From a virus: a stretch of 64,000 bases of DNA. A model generated the notes under the pieces. The model was not told the DNA's origin. It saw only the letters and a program-made list of their open reading frames with translations, and searched no databases. The first letter of the stretch is position 1, and every line of letters starts with the position of its first letter. Positions 34,285 through 43,137 of the stretch are shown here, one piece after another. The translations under genes were made by a program, and so were the position numbers. Where the stretch lies: the IMG/VR virus record IMGVR_UViG_3300042876_000344. The stretch is one strand, 5' to 3'.

Positions 34285-34809
34285 CTAGCTGACGACCTCA
34301 AACGGAATTTCGATAGTGCCGTTCAGGGCGGCGGAGGCGTGGATGTTCGTGATTTCGATATCCACAGTGCCGGCACCGGGGATCACCTTCGTGACGTAGG
34401 GGATGCCCGTCGTGGCCGCGCCAACGCCGGCCGCTCGCCGCGCGTTACAGACCACCACGGATGCCGCGGTGATTTTGGTATTGGTCAGGGTGACCGTGTG
34501 CGTTCCGGCCGCGGCCGTGGTCAGCGCGGCAGAGGTCAAGAGCCCCGTCTTCTTCGACAGGGTGGCCGTGCCGGTGGCGCCGGTCCCCGTGATGGCAGCC
34601 GTGCCGCTGTCACGCGGGCCGAGTTCGACCTGGTTGGATGCGTTGACAGTGATGCCGGCGATTGTTGCCGTGCCTGCCGCGTTGTCCCAGATGAGGGAGC
34701 GATTGTTCGGGAAAGCGTAGTCAATGCCATCGCCGGCCGTCGACGGAACCCCGCCCTTGCCAGCGAACAACGCCCTCCAAGCTGCTTCGAGATTGAAAAA
34801 ACCAGCCAT
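34285..34809 (-). CDS. structural protein (hypothetical; T/A/G-rich beta protein)
   Basis: 174-aa ORF inside the structural operon. Confidence 0.6.
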   Translation of the reverse strand: MAGFFNLEAAWRALFAGKGGVPSTAGDGIDYAFPNNRSLIWDNAAGTATIAGITVNASNQVELGPRDSGTAAITGTGATGTATLSKKTGLLTSAALTTAAAGTHTVTLTNTKITAASVVVCNARRAAGVGAATTGIPYVTKVIPGAGTVDIEITNIHASAALNGTIEIPFEVVS

Positions 34810-34810
34810 G

Positions 34811-35500
34811 TTAGTAGATCATCCTTTCCATCAGACGGCGCGACCGGAATCTGCCGGGTCGCTTCGGCCTTTTCTGTTTTTCCAGGAGCATGGGATGGAT
34901 TAGGCCACGAAGAAGCCCACCTGACCCATCTGCCTCCATATTCGGCCCCAACGCTTCGCGCTTCAGCCGATCAGCCTCACCCGGCCCCATGTTGCGGCCA
35001 GCCAGCCACGAGGCTGTCCGCGTTGCCAGAAAACTCAAACTGTTGTCGATGCCAACGGGTCCGGACGTAGGGCAGGACCCGCTGGCGATGTAATCGACCT
35101 TCAGGTAACGGATGCTGGTCGAGGGCACGAACAGGAGAGTGTCTCCCTCGTAAGCCCACAGGCCGAGGACGGAGCGCGGGGTCGGGTCGGGCAGGAAATC
35201 CACTGGGCGCATGTGCGCCCATGGTTCAGCCGAGGAGCCTCGCTCCCAGAGATTCTCGGGCTCTCCCCAGTCTGAAACTCCCATCGTTGCCGGGGTGAGC
35301 GATGACGTGTTCGCCGGCAGCGTGTAATACACCGTCCGGTTGACCTTCTGCAGGTCCCACTGCATCATGAGGTCCCAGAATTCCCGATACGCCAACCCGA
35401 TAAACGGTCGCTGGGTGGCCGCGTCGAATACCTCCAGCAGAGGGTCGCCGAGGAGTTGGCCCACCAGGTCGTTGATTTCGGCAATCGTCGTATCGGCCAT
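34811..35500 (-). CDS. head-tail adaptor or tail-tubular-A-like protein (by position)
   Basis: ATG 35500 lies 2 nt after the upstream stop. The upstream part of the track ORF is junk-like. MADTTIAEINDLVGQLLGDPLLEVF... Confidence 0.6.
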   Translation of the reverse strand: MADTTIAEINDLVGQLLGDPLLEVFDAATQRPFIGLAYREFWDLMMQWDLQKVNRTVYYTLPANTSSLTPATMGVSDWGEPENLWERGSSAEPWAHMRPVDFLPDPTPRSVLGLWAYEGDTLLFVPSTSIRYLKVDYIASGSCPTSGPVGIDNSLSFLATRTASWLAGRNMGPGEADRLKREALGPNMEADGSGGLLRGLIHPMLLEKQKRPKRPGRFRSRRLMERMIY

Positions 35501-35502
35501 GG

Positions 35503-36231
35503 TTAACCTTTCTTCGGGGGAGGCGGCGGGGGCGAAGAGAACAAGTCTCCGACCGGCAGGCCCTTCTCCCGCTTCGCCTTGTTCAGCATCTCCTGCAGTT
35601 CCGCCTTCTGGAGGTGGATCTGGACCCAACGGCTGTAGTCCATGACGTTCTCGCAGTAGGGGCAGGACAGCACGGAACTTTCGACCAGCCGACCGCACAT
35701 TGAGCAGGGAACCATTTTCAGGTCCTGCGGCGGCCGCATCCACTCGTAGTTGGTGTCACCCAGCCAAGTGGCGGCGCCGCGGTGCAGGTCGGACACGTCC
35801 AACTTCTGCCCGGCCGCCCAGAGGTCCTGAGCCTCCAGCACCAGCACCCGGGCCCAGCGCGCCTGCCGGGCCTCAGCCGCGGCCAGTTCGGCGCTGGTCG
35901 GTTCCGGTCCCTCGCAGATAAACACGCCAGGCGAGCCAACCTCAGAGTGCAGATGGTTCGTCGTGAACGACTCGACAATGGACTGCGCCCACTCCAACGA
36001 GGAGTACGGCACGTCCATGCTGTTGTCGGCGCTCATGTGCGTGTTCTGGAAGAACGGCGGGACGCGCACCACGCAGTATTCGCCGCGCTTCTGCGCCGGG
36101 AATCTGATCGTGGTACGCCAGCCCCCCTGCCCGATTTGGGGCTTGTAGGGCTGCGTGTTCTCCAGGTCCATGAAATGGATGGAGCACACCGTCGTGAACA
36201 TGGAAGAGATGTCGGGGATGGTAGATGTCAT
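35503..36231 (-). CDS. hypothetical structural-module protein with C-terminal zinc ribbon
   Basis: CSMCGRLVESSVLSCPYCENV. ATGA-coupled. Confidence 0.6.
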   Translation of the reverse strand: MTSTIPDISSMFTTVCSIHFMDLENTQPYKPQIGQGGWRTTIRFPAQKRGEYCVVRVPPFFQNTHMSADNSMDVPYSSLEWAQSIVESFTTNHLHSEVGSPGVFICEGPEPTSAELAAAEARQARWARVLVLEAQDLWAAGQKLDVSDLHRGAATWLGDTNYEWMRPPQDLKMVPCSMCGRLVESSVLSCPYCENVMDYSRWVQIHLQKAELQEMLNKAKREKGLPVGDLFSSPPPPPPKKG

Positions 36232-36761
36232 TGAGTCTTTCCGGGGTAACTGATGTGGCCCTTCGAGCCAGGTACAGTGTTAGTCCATCGGTCGTTCACC
36301 AAGTCCTCAGCCTTGGCGTCGAAATCTCGCTCTTTCTTGTCGCGCGCGACGGAGATTTTCTCCGTCAATTGGGCAAGTGTCTGGGCGTCCGTCTCCCGAA
36401 TCTGGTTAATCACCCAGTAGGTGAGCTCATCCGTGGGGAGTTTCCCCTCAAAAAGGAGGACGTCGGTTGCCCGGTATCGGCCATTTGCCGGGTACGGGAT
36501 CAGCTTCCCGATCTGCGCCTGCCACTCTGACAGCGGGGGTGGCTTGAGCCACTGGGCCAACGTCCAGACGTTCCCATCAACTTGGTTCGCCCTGATCGTG
36601 GGGCCCAGTGGATCCGGTTTCACGAACACGGACAGGTCAGGACCCCAGATCCATTTGAATCGCTGGTCGCCCGATGGGGACGTGCCCAGCGCGTCTCTGA
36701 GTCTTTGGTTGCAGCGGGCCACTACTGCCGCAACGATGGGGTCCTGCCGTGTCTCAATCAT
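36228..36761 (-). CDS. hypothetical head-associated protein
   Basis: 177 aa, immediately downstream of the capsid gene. Confidence 0.6.
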   Translation of the reverse strand: MIETRQDPIVAAVVARCNQRLRDALGTSPSGDQRFKWIWGPDLSVFVKPDPLGPTIRANQVDGNVWTLAQWLKPPPLSEWQAQIGKLIPYPANGRYRATDVLLFEGKLPTDELTYWVINQIRETDAQTLAQLTEKISVARDKKERDFDAKAEDLVNDRWTNTVPGSKGHISYPGKTQ

Positions 36762-36794
36762 GCAAGTCCTTTGTTTTCAGTCAAAAAATAACCG

Positions 36795-38114
36795 TTAGTA
36801 CCCAGCAGGAATGCTCAGCCCGGTGATGAAGCCTTCCCATCCCAGGTCGACGTTGTAGAAGTTCTCGACAACGTACAGGAACATGGACCAGGAAGCCGTC
36901 ACACCGCCGCTGGAGTTGCGACCTTCGAAGAAATACGTCCCGTTGCCGGGGTTCTTCCACCAGTCGAGCTCCTGCGCGTACACGCGGCCCCAATTCTTCA
37001 GAGCCAGCCAGTCGATTTTCGATTTCGACTGATGCACGTCGATCTTGTGTTTGATGCCCCACAGCGTCACTTCGTCCGCAGTGGAGGGCATCAGATCGAC
37101 GAGGCCCTGGGCAGCGCCGGGGGTCCGATCCTGCTTCATGATGGCCATGTTGAGCTTCTTCATCTGGCCGACCTGCGCATCATGCACGATGCCGGTCAGA
37201 TCCGTCGGCAGGGAACCGCGGCGCTGGCGGATGCGCGACTTCAGGATGTCGCCCATCTCCGGCACGAGGTAGCCGCTCTGCGCGTCGTACCAGTTCGGCC
37301 GGATCTCGGCGTAGTTGGCGAGCGACAGGCCCAGCAGGTTGCCAGAAACGGCGGTGGAGTGGAAATACCGCAGGGTATTCATCCAGGCCGGCGCGGTGAA
37401 CACGCTGGTGGAGCTGCCACTGGTCACGCCGGGGAAGGCGAGGTAGTCAGTGGCGGCGGGCGAAACCGAGCCCAGGTTGGTGATGTGGGCGGTGCCGGCC
37501 TGCTTGTTGATGTTGTCGATGTACGGCATCGTGTCACCAACCGCGAGGCCGTAGGTCTTCCAGGTAGCCAGCGTGGAGTCGAAGATCTCGACCGGCTGGC
37601 CGACCTGCAGGTGATTGGCGCCGAACTCCGTATCGAAGGTGAACGTGCCACCGGAGTAGCCCGTCGCCTTCGCTACCAAGCCCTGAGCGCCGCCCTGGTT
37701 CAGGAAGGACGTGTTGCAGTACCGGAGCATGTTCGGCATCGCCTTGGCCGTGTTGCGCTTCAGGACGTTCACCCGGCTCTGCTCGCTGGTCTGCGTGGCC
37801 AGGATGCTGTCCTGATCCATCGACACGGCGAGACGAACAGGGTAGTAGCCCTGGTACTGCTGCTTCATTTTGAAGCCCTGGCCCTGACCGAGAGCGCCGT
37901 TGGCCAGGTTGAAGCCGGCGAAGTTGCCCGTGGGCTGGATCTCCAGCGGGATGCGGAAGTCCTTGCCGTCTTCGGTTTTGGAGATCTTGGTGGCGTCGGT
38001 CTGCTTCTTCAGCAGATTGTAGGTGGTGCCGCCATTCTCGTAGAGTTCGCGCAGTTCCTTGCGCACGACCTGCAGATTTGCCTCGTAGACGTCTGCAATT
38101 GCTTGAACCGACAT
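36795..38114 (-). CDS. major capsid protein (by position, size and composition)
   Basis: 439 aa. Follows the scaffold-like gene. High third-position GC and a clean frame. Confidence 0.7.
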   Translation of the reverse strand: MSVQAIADVYEANLQVVRKELRELYENGGTTYNLLKKQTDATKISKTEDGKDFRIPLEIQPTGNFAGFNLANGALGQGQGFKMKQQYQGYYPVRLAVSMDQDSILATQTSEQSRVNVLKRNTAKAMPNMLRYCNTSFLNQGGAQGLVAKATGYSGGTFTFDTEFGANHLQVGQPVEIFDSTLATWKTYGLAVGDTMPYIDNINKQAGTAHITNLGSVSPAATDYLAFPGVTSGSSTSVFTAPAWMNTLRYFHSTAVSGNLLGLSLANYAEIRPNWYDAQSGYLVPEMGDILKSRIRQRRGSLPTDLTGIVHDAQVGQMKKLNMAIMKQDRTPGAAQGLVDLMPSTADEVTLWGIKHKIDVHQSKSKIDWLALKNWGRVYAQELDWWKNPGNGTYFFEGRNSSGGVTASWSMFLYVVENFYNVDLGWEGFITGLSIPAGY

Positions 38115-38117
38115 TTT

Positions 38118-39338
38118 TTATCCCTCGCTGAATCGCCGCAACTGCTCGTCGAAGGGAACCCCCTCCGCCTTCCATTGCGCGATTCGGTTACTGTTGGGCG
38201 AAGCCGTACCGGACAAGCCGGCTGGTTCGCGCCGTGCCTGCAATTTCGCCTGTGTCTGATGCACTTTGGCGTTGGCTGCAACGGCGGTTGCCGCGAATTT
38301 GTCGATGATGGGCTTCGCCCGTCTCGCTAGAACATCGGCGGCAAACCTGCGCACGGTCGCATCCACGATGCCCCGCGTCTGTTCCGACGGCGAGGTTTTC
38401 GCGTTGCGTAAATCTCTCATCAACTCAGCTCGGCGGATGGGGTTGTTATTCAACGCCCCATCAATCTCAGATTTCAGCAGGAGGTTCAACTGGTTCCATT
38501 CCGGCTTGCCTCGGTAGGCATCGGCGACTTCCTTCGGAATCATCTTCTCGATCTCCGCGGACTTCGCCTGCTCGACCTGCGTATCAATCTGCTGGGCGAG
38601 GGACTGGTAGTGCTGCTGCTGCTGCGCCTGCTCCCTCGCCCGGTAGGCGTTCAACTGTTCCTGTAGTGAATTGTATTGCTGGGCCTGCGGGTCCGGAGCC
38701 TGGAAATCAGTCTCCGTCCGGAACCGGCCGGTCAACGCCAGTTCCATGTTCTGACAAGCCTTGAACAGGTTCGCATCCCCGGTCTGGATGGAATGCTGGT
38801 ACACGCTGTCCAGCATCTGATTCTGGACCTGCCCCGTGATCTGTTGGTACGCTTCCGGCGCCACTTGCGGCAGCATCTCCAGCGCGCGCTCAGCCAAGTG
38901 CGAGATGGTCGCCGGCGGCGCCTTCAGCAGCATGAAGTCCGCGGCGCGCTTCACGCTGTCAGGTTCACCGCTGTTCCAGTCGTCGAGCAACGCCTGCGAG
39001 CCGAGGCTGCGCTTCCAGTGCTCCTGGATCACCTCAACTGACGGGTTCGGGCCCACCGCCTCTTCCAGCGACCGCTTGAACTTGTCGCTGCCCCACATCC
39101 TGTCCCACTTCGTCTTTGAACAGGAGTAGAGTTTCCCATTCTCGTCTACCTTGTCGGGGGTGACGTCTCCGAACGGGTCATCTTCGACAACCTCGGGGGT
39201 CTCCGGCGCGGCCGTCTCTACTGCATCGGGTGCCGGGGTGGCATCAACTGCGGGGGCCGTCTCAACGGCCGGCGTGTCTGCAACTGGAGCGACAGCTTCC
39301 GTCGTCGCGGGAGTGTCGAGAGTGGCGATATCGTCCAT
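38118..39338 (-). CDS. scaffolding protein candidate
   Basis: 406 aa. Acidic A/T/P/E-rich N-terminus then a Q/A/E-rich helical region. Lies between portal and capsid. Confidence 0.6.
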   Translation of the reverse strand: MDDIATLDTPATTEAVAPVADTPAVETAPAVDATPAPDAVETAAPETPEVVEDDPFGDVTPDKVDENGKLYSCSKTKWDRMWGSDKFKRSLEEAVGPNPSVEVIQEHWKRSLGSQALLDDWNSGEPDSVKRAADFMLLKAPPATISHLAERALEMLPQVAPEAYQQITGQVQNQMLDSVYQHSIQTGDANLFKACQNMELALTGRFRTETDFQAPDPQAQQYNSLQEQLNAYRAREQAQQQQHYQSLAQQIDTQVEQAKSAEIEKMIPKEVADAYRGKPEWNQLNLLLKSEIDGALNNNPIRRAELMRDLRNAKTSPSEQTRGIVDATVRRFAADVLARRAKPIIDKFAATAVAANAKVHQTQAKLQARREPAGLSGTASPNSNRIAQWKAEGVPFDEQLRRFSEG

Positions 39339-39345
39339 GGGGCTC

Positions 39346-41598
39346 CTACTGTACTGGAAGTTCCGGCCCTATCCCCTGTTCCGGGGGGTTGGGTGATTCC
39401 GGTTTCGGTTTCTCTGGCTGTCCTTCTTCTGGCGGTGGCATCGGGGGCGGCTGGCCTGCTGCCAATTGCGCCATTCCGTGCGCGACGACATTTGCGAACC
39501 CATTCGGGTTTTCATTTGCCGCCTTTAACCCGCTTTCGTCGTTGCACCATTGCTGAATCAATGAAGCAAAAACAAGATTATCATCAACGAACGGCTGCAC
39601 AGGAATAGTGGGGACCATCGAGCCATCAGGCCCCATCGTGGGCGAGCCCTTCAGCAGCTTCTGAATCCGCTCATTCACCGCGCGCTGATAATTCTCATTC
39701 GAGCTCTTGAAGTCAACCATGCCAGGCAGCAGGTAATCCTGCAGCGCCGCGGCATTGTAGGGCTTGTCCAGATCGAGTGCCGCCGCCACCTCCGGATTCT
39801 GCTTGATGATCGACGAGAGCATGTCCGTCTTTTCGGCCCAGGACATCGGCACGCCGACTTCAGCCTCAAACCGGAACCGGCCACCTTTCAGCTTCGCCAC
39901 ATCGAACATCGGGACCGGCCCATCGGGCGTTTCCTTCACCGGCAGGCCGTCGCCATGTTCGGCCACCAGCTTGACGCACTTGGTCACGATGACGACCCAG
40001 CCCTGCGCCGTCAGTTCACCGATAGGCGCGTTCTGCATGAGCGCCTGCTGGATGCGGAGGCGAGCGCCTTCGGCTGTGGGGTCTTTCTCATTGGCGCCGA
40101 ATACCGGCGGCGTCAGCCCCGTGTGCTGCTGAACCGTGCCGTCGATCTTGTCTATCAGGGGCAGGTATTCAGCCAGCGCGCCTTGCGGCGTCGAGACGGT
40201 ATGGAACCCGTCCTGGAGCCGCTGGCCGGCGGCGGCCTTCGCCTCAATGATCTCCGTCGGCAGCGTCCCGCGATTATTCAACTGCTCCAAATCGAGCCAG
40301 CCGGCCGACACAACCGTCATCGGGAGCTTCCGCTCAGACAACGCAAATAGCAGGTTGTAGAAATCGTTGATGAGGTCCTGTTGACCCAGGATGCCCCAGC
40401 AGAACGGGTCATTGTAGAGGTAGTCCGATGGCTCCACCTGTATGGCGGTCCACACGTCGGAGAGTTTCTCCTCGTCGATCCCGACCAGCCGGCCCGCCAC
40501 GCGGGAAATTCGGATGCCGTTCGGGAATTTCTCCTTCAGGTATTTCCGCTTCTCTTCGGACTGGAACATCTCGTACATCGGCGGCGTGAGCCACACGCGC
40601 GAGTGAATCCAGCGTTGCTTCTCGCCGATGCGCGTCATACCCGAGAGCGACTGTGCCTGCGCCCGGGTGATGGACCCCTGCTGCTGCGCTACCGTCTCGC
40701 CCTGCATGCCGCCCGTCGCCGGGTCCAGATGCTCGCGGAGTTTCTGCCCGTAGAGTTGCAGGAGAATTCCAGGATGCTCATCGTACTCATAGACGAGGAA
40801 GGGGCAATGGTCCAGCGTCTTCGCGTCGAACGGGACAGTGACCTCCATGCCGGTGCAGATCCGAAACATCGGCCCGCTATTGGCGTAGGTCTGCTCTCCC
40901 ACCTGCTGCGGGACAGATACCATCGTCGGCGGCTGCTCGATCATCGGGACGAGGCACTGCGGGCAGACGCCATCGGCGGATTCAGTCTGGCCGCACGTCG
41001 GGCAGACCGGGCCGCCGGTTCCCGGCTGCGGAACCTGCATGGGTTCCAGAATCGGTTCCGTGCGTGAGCCAAACAGATCTTCGTCTGGAGTGAACGGATG
41101 GTAGATGTAGCGGGTGCCGCTCTTGAACGCATGGTAAAACAACTCAACATTGCGGAGCCGTGCGTTCCAGGCCTTCAGGAGCCACTGGTAAACCTTGTCG
41201 GCCTCCTCGCGCGCCATGCGGTCGGCCTCAGAGGCATTGTCCTCAGCCAGACACTTCATGTTGTAATACGCGCGAGTGCCCATGCTGCCGACGAATTTCC
41301 GGCAGTAGCCCTTGATGATGTCGATGTTGTAGTCCAGCAGGCCGGAGGCTTCCACATTCGGATCACCGGACATCCCCGAGGTGTTCTGGCCGACGGCCAT
41401 GTAATCGAGAGAACCGCCCGGCCCCAGAACGGGGGCAAGGTATTGCAGTCCGCGGAGGTACAGGTCACACTTCCGCAGCCGCATGAACTGCCACGTCTTT
41501 TCCTGTTGGATCTCAGCATCGACGTGCCGGGACAGAACGCCGTTCAGTTCATCCTTGAGGAATTCAACCGGGTCAATCTCTGGGAGTTGCGGATTCAC
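39346..41598 (-). CDS. portal protein candidate
   Basis: 750 aa. Upstream of scaffold and capsid. Pro-rich C-terminal tail. Confidence 0.65.
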   Translation of the reverse strand: MNPQLPEIDPVEFLKDELNGVLSRHVDAEIQQEKTWQFMRLRKCDLYLRGLQYLAPVLGPGGSLDYMAVGQNTSGMSGDPNVEASGLLDYNIDIIKGYCRKFVGSMGTRAYYNMKCLAEDNASEADRMAREEADKVYQWLLKAWNARLRNVELFYHAFKSGTRYIYHPFTPDEDLFGSRTEPILEPMQVPQPGTGGPVCPTCGQTESADGVCPQCLVPMIEQPPTMVSVPQQVGEQTYANSGPMFRICTGMEVTVPFDAKTLDHCPFLVYEYDEHPGILLQLYGQKLREHLDPATGGMQGETVAQQQGSITRAQAQSLSGMTRIGEKQRWIHSRVWLTPPMYEMFQSEEKRKYLKEKFPNGIRISRVAGRLVGIDEEKLSDVWTAIQVEPSDYLYNDPFCWGILGQQDLINDFYNLLFALSERKLPMTVVSAGWLDLEQLNNRGTLPTEIIEAKAAAGQRLQDGFHTVSTPQGALAEYLPLIDKIDGTVQQHTGLTPPVFGANEKDPTAEGARLRIQQALMQNAPIGELTAQGWVVIVTKCVKLVAEHGDGLPVKETPDGPVPMFDVAKLKGGRFRFEAEVGVPMSWAEKTDMLSSIIKQNPEVAAALDLDKPYNAAALQDYLLPGMVDFKSSNENYQRAVNERIQKLLKGSPTMGPDGSMVPTIPVQPFVDDNLVFASLIQQWCNDESGLKAANENPNGFANVVAHGMAQLAAGQPPPMPPPEEGQPEKPKPESPNPPEQGIGPELPVQ

Positions 41599-41906
41599 GC
41601 CAAATTCCTCATCGCCTTATTGAACTCTTCGTGCTGCTTGCGGACCAGATCACGGGCGAATACCCGCGAGGGGATCATGGAGGATGGAGCCTCTGCTACC
41701 GGAACCTCTTCCTCGGGAGCGGCGCTGAAAATCCGGCGCCCCGTGGCTCTCATTGCCATGGCGTCTGCGACCCTCTGCAGGTCGTCGATCCGCGCATCCT
41801 TCGTGTCAACTTCCCGCTGTAGCGAATCGCACTCCAGACGCAGGGCTTCCACCCGTGCCTGGAGGACGGCGTACTGCGGGAACATCGACAGGAAAAACTC
41901 GATCAT
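41595..41906 (-). CDS. coiled-coil small protein (hypothetical)
   Basis: ATGA-coupled to the portal gene. Confidence 0.5.
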   Translation of the reverse strand: MIEFFLSMFPQYAVLQARVEALRLECDSLQREVDTKDARIDDLQRVADAMAMRATGRRIFSAAPEEEVPVAEAPSSMIPSRVFARDLVRKQHEEFNKAMRNLA

Positions 41907-42223
41907 TCAGATTCCTTCTCGCCAAATAGAGAGCAGTGGCCCTCGTCATCAACTTGGAATCCCAGCCAAGTACAGCCGTCTTCCGTGTTGTACTCGCAGA
42001 CGCCGCACTTCTCGCTGCCGTCGTGGTATCCAACGGATTCAGGCGGGACGTATTTGCCGTCCATGGAGTGCTCCGCAGCTTCCTGCTTGGGGGACTCCAT
42101 TTTCTCCTCGTCCTCTTCCTCTACTTCCTTCTCGCGCGGACCGCGCACGGCCGGGCCCTGGACAGGCGGGCCGGGCTTTTTCTTGCTGGCCGCGATCATG
42201 ATTGCGAACCCTGACTTCTTCAT
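41903..42223 (-). CDS. small acidic Cys-containing protein (hypothetical)
   Basis: ATG 42223 (MKKSGFAIM...) is preferred over the TTG at 42241. Confidence 0.45.
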   Translation of the reverse strand: MKKSGFAIMIAASKKKPGPPVQGPAVRGPREKEVEEEDEEKMESPKQEAAEHSMDGKYVPPESVGYHDGSEKCGVCEYNTEDGCTWLGFQVDDEGHCSLFGEKESE

Positions 42224-42261
42224 TAGTAGACCCCGTTCCAAGTGTATGCTATGGTTTTCTC

Positions 42262-43137
42262 ATGAGCCTTTGTGAATGCGGATGTGGTGGGCAAACCAAC
42301 AACGGTCGACGGTTTATCAAGCCGCACCAAGTCAAGCTGATGCAGGAAAGAAATACCGGAAGACAATACACGAGAGAGCATCTTGAGAAACTTTGGGCTG
42401 GTCGGCGCGCAAACCCGCCAACCAAAAAACAACGGACCACGGAGACTATAAGCTGCGCGTGTGGATGCGGCGGCAGTCTTACCACCCCCGATGACAGGGG
42501 AAGACAGAGAAAATTTATACAGAATCATCAGACAAAGACGCTTGTCAGCCTCAGAGAAAGGCCGTACCCGCCATCTCCAGTTAAAGGCAGAAAAGCCAGC
42601 GAAGAGACAAGACGCAAGCTGAGCGAATCGCACAAGGGGAAGCAGTCCCAGTCCAAAGGCATAAAGAGGGGCCCATCTCCACTCAAGGGGATTAGCCGCG
42701 GATTTCGCCACTCCCTCGAAACGAAGAAGAAGATATCCGAAGCCAACAAGGGAGACAAAAGCCACCTGTGGAGAGGCGGCTCTCTCCCAGCCAGAGATGA
42801 GAGGACAAAAACGGTGGAATGGAAGCATCTGCGCCGCATAGTATATGAGAGAGACAAGTGGTGTTGCGTAGTATGCAGAGTCCATTGCAGAAATAGCGGA
42901 GGCAAGAACAAGACAATACAATGCCATCATATAGTGCCAGTGAGGTACGGAGGTAGCGACGACATCAGCAACCTCGCCTCTGTTTGCGTTAGTTGCCACA
43001 AAAGGCAGGAGTCGCTTTACGGTAAACCGTCCTACTTTTGGGGCAGCTACCACAGGGTCCTCCAGGAAAAAGAATCCCCCGCGTCTTTCCCGCAGACCTG
43101 CACAGAATCCTTCACTCCGGCCCCGCCGGCCAAATAG
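42262..43137 (+). CDS. HNH homing endonuclease with NUMOD-like repeats
   Basis: Opposite strand and lower GC. Duplicated C(E/A)CGCGG...HQ(V/T)K modules. GRKASEETRRKLSESHKG and GFRHSLETKKKISEANKG are NUMOD3-like. HNH core QCHHIVPVRYGGSDDISNLASVCVSCH. Confidence 0.85.
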   Translation: MSLCECGCGGQTNNGRRFIKPHQVKLMQERNTGRQYTREHLEKLWAGRRANPPTKKQRTTETISCACGCGGSLTTPDDRGRQRKFIQNHQTKTLVSLRERPYPPSPVKGRKASEETRRKLSESHKGKQSQSKGIKRGPSPLKGISRGFRHSLETKKKISEANKGDKSHLWRGGSLPARDERTKTVEWKHLRRIVYERDKWCCVVCRVHCRNSGGKNKTIQCHHIVPVRYGGSDDISNLASVCVSCHKRQESLYGKPSYFWGSYHRVLQEKESPASFPQTCTESFTPAPPAK

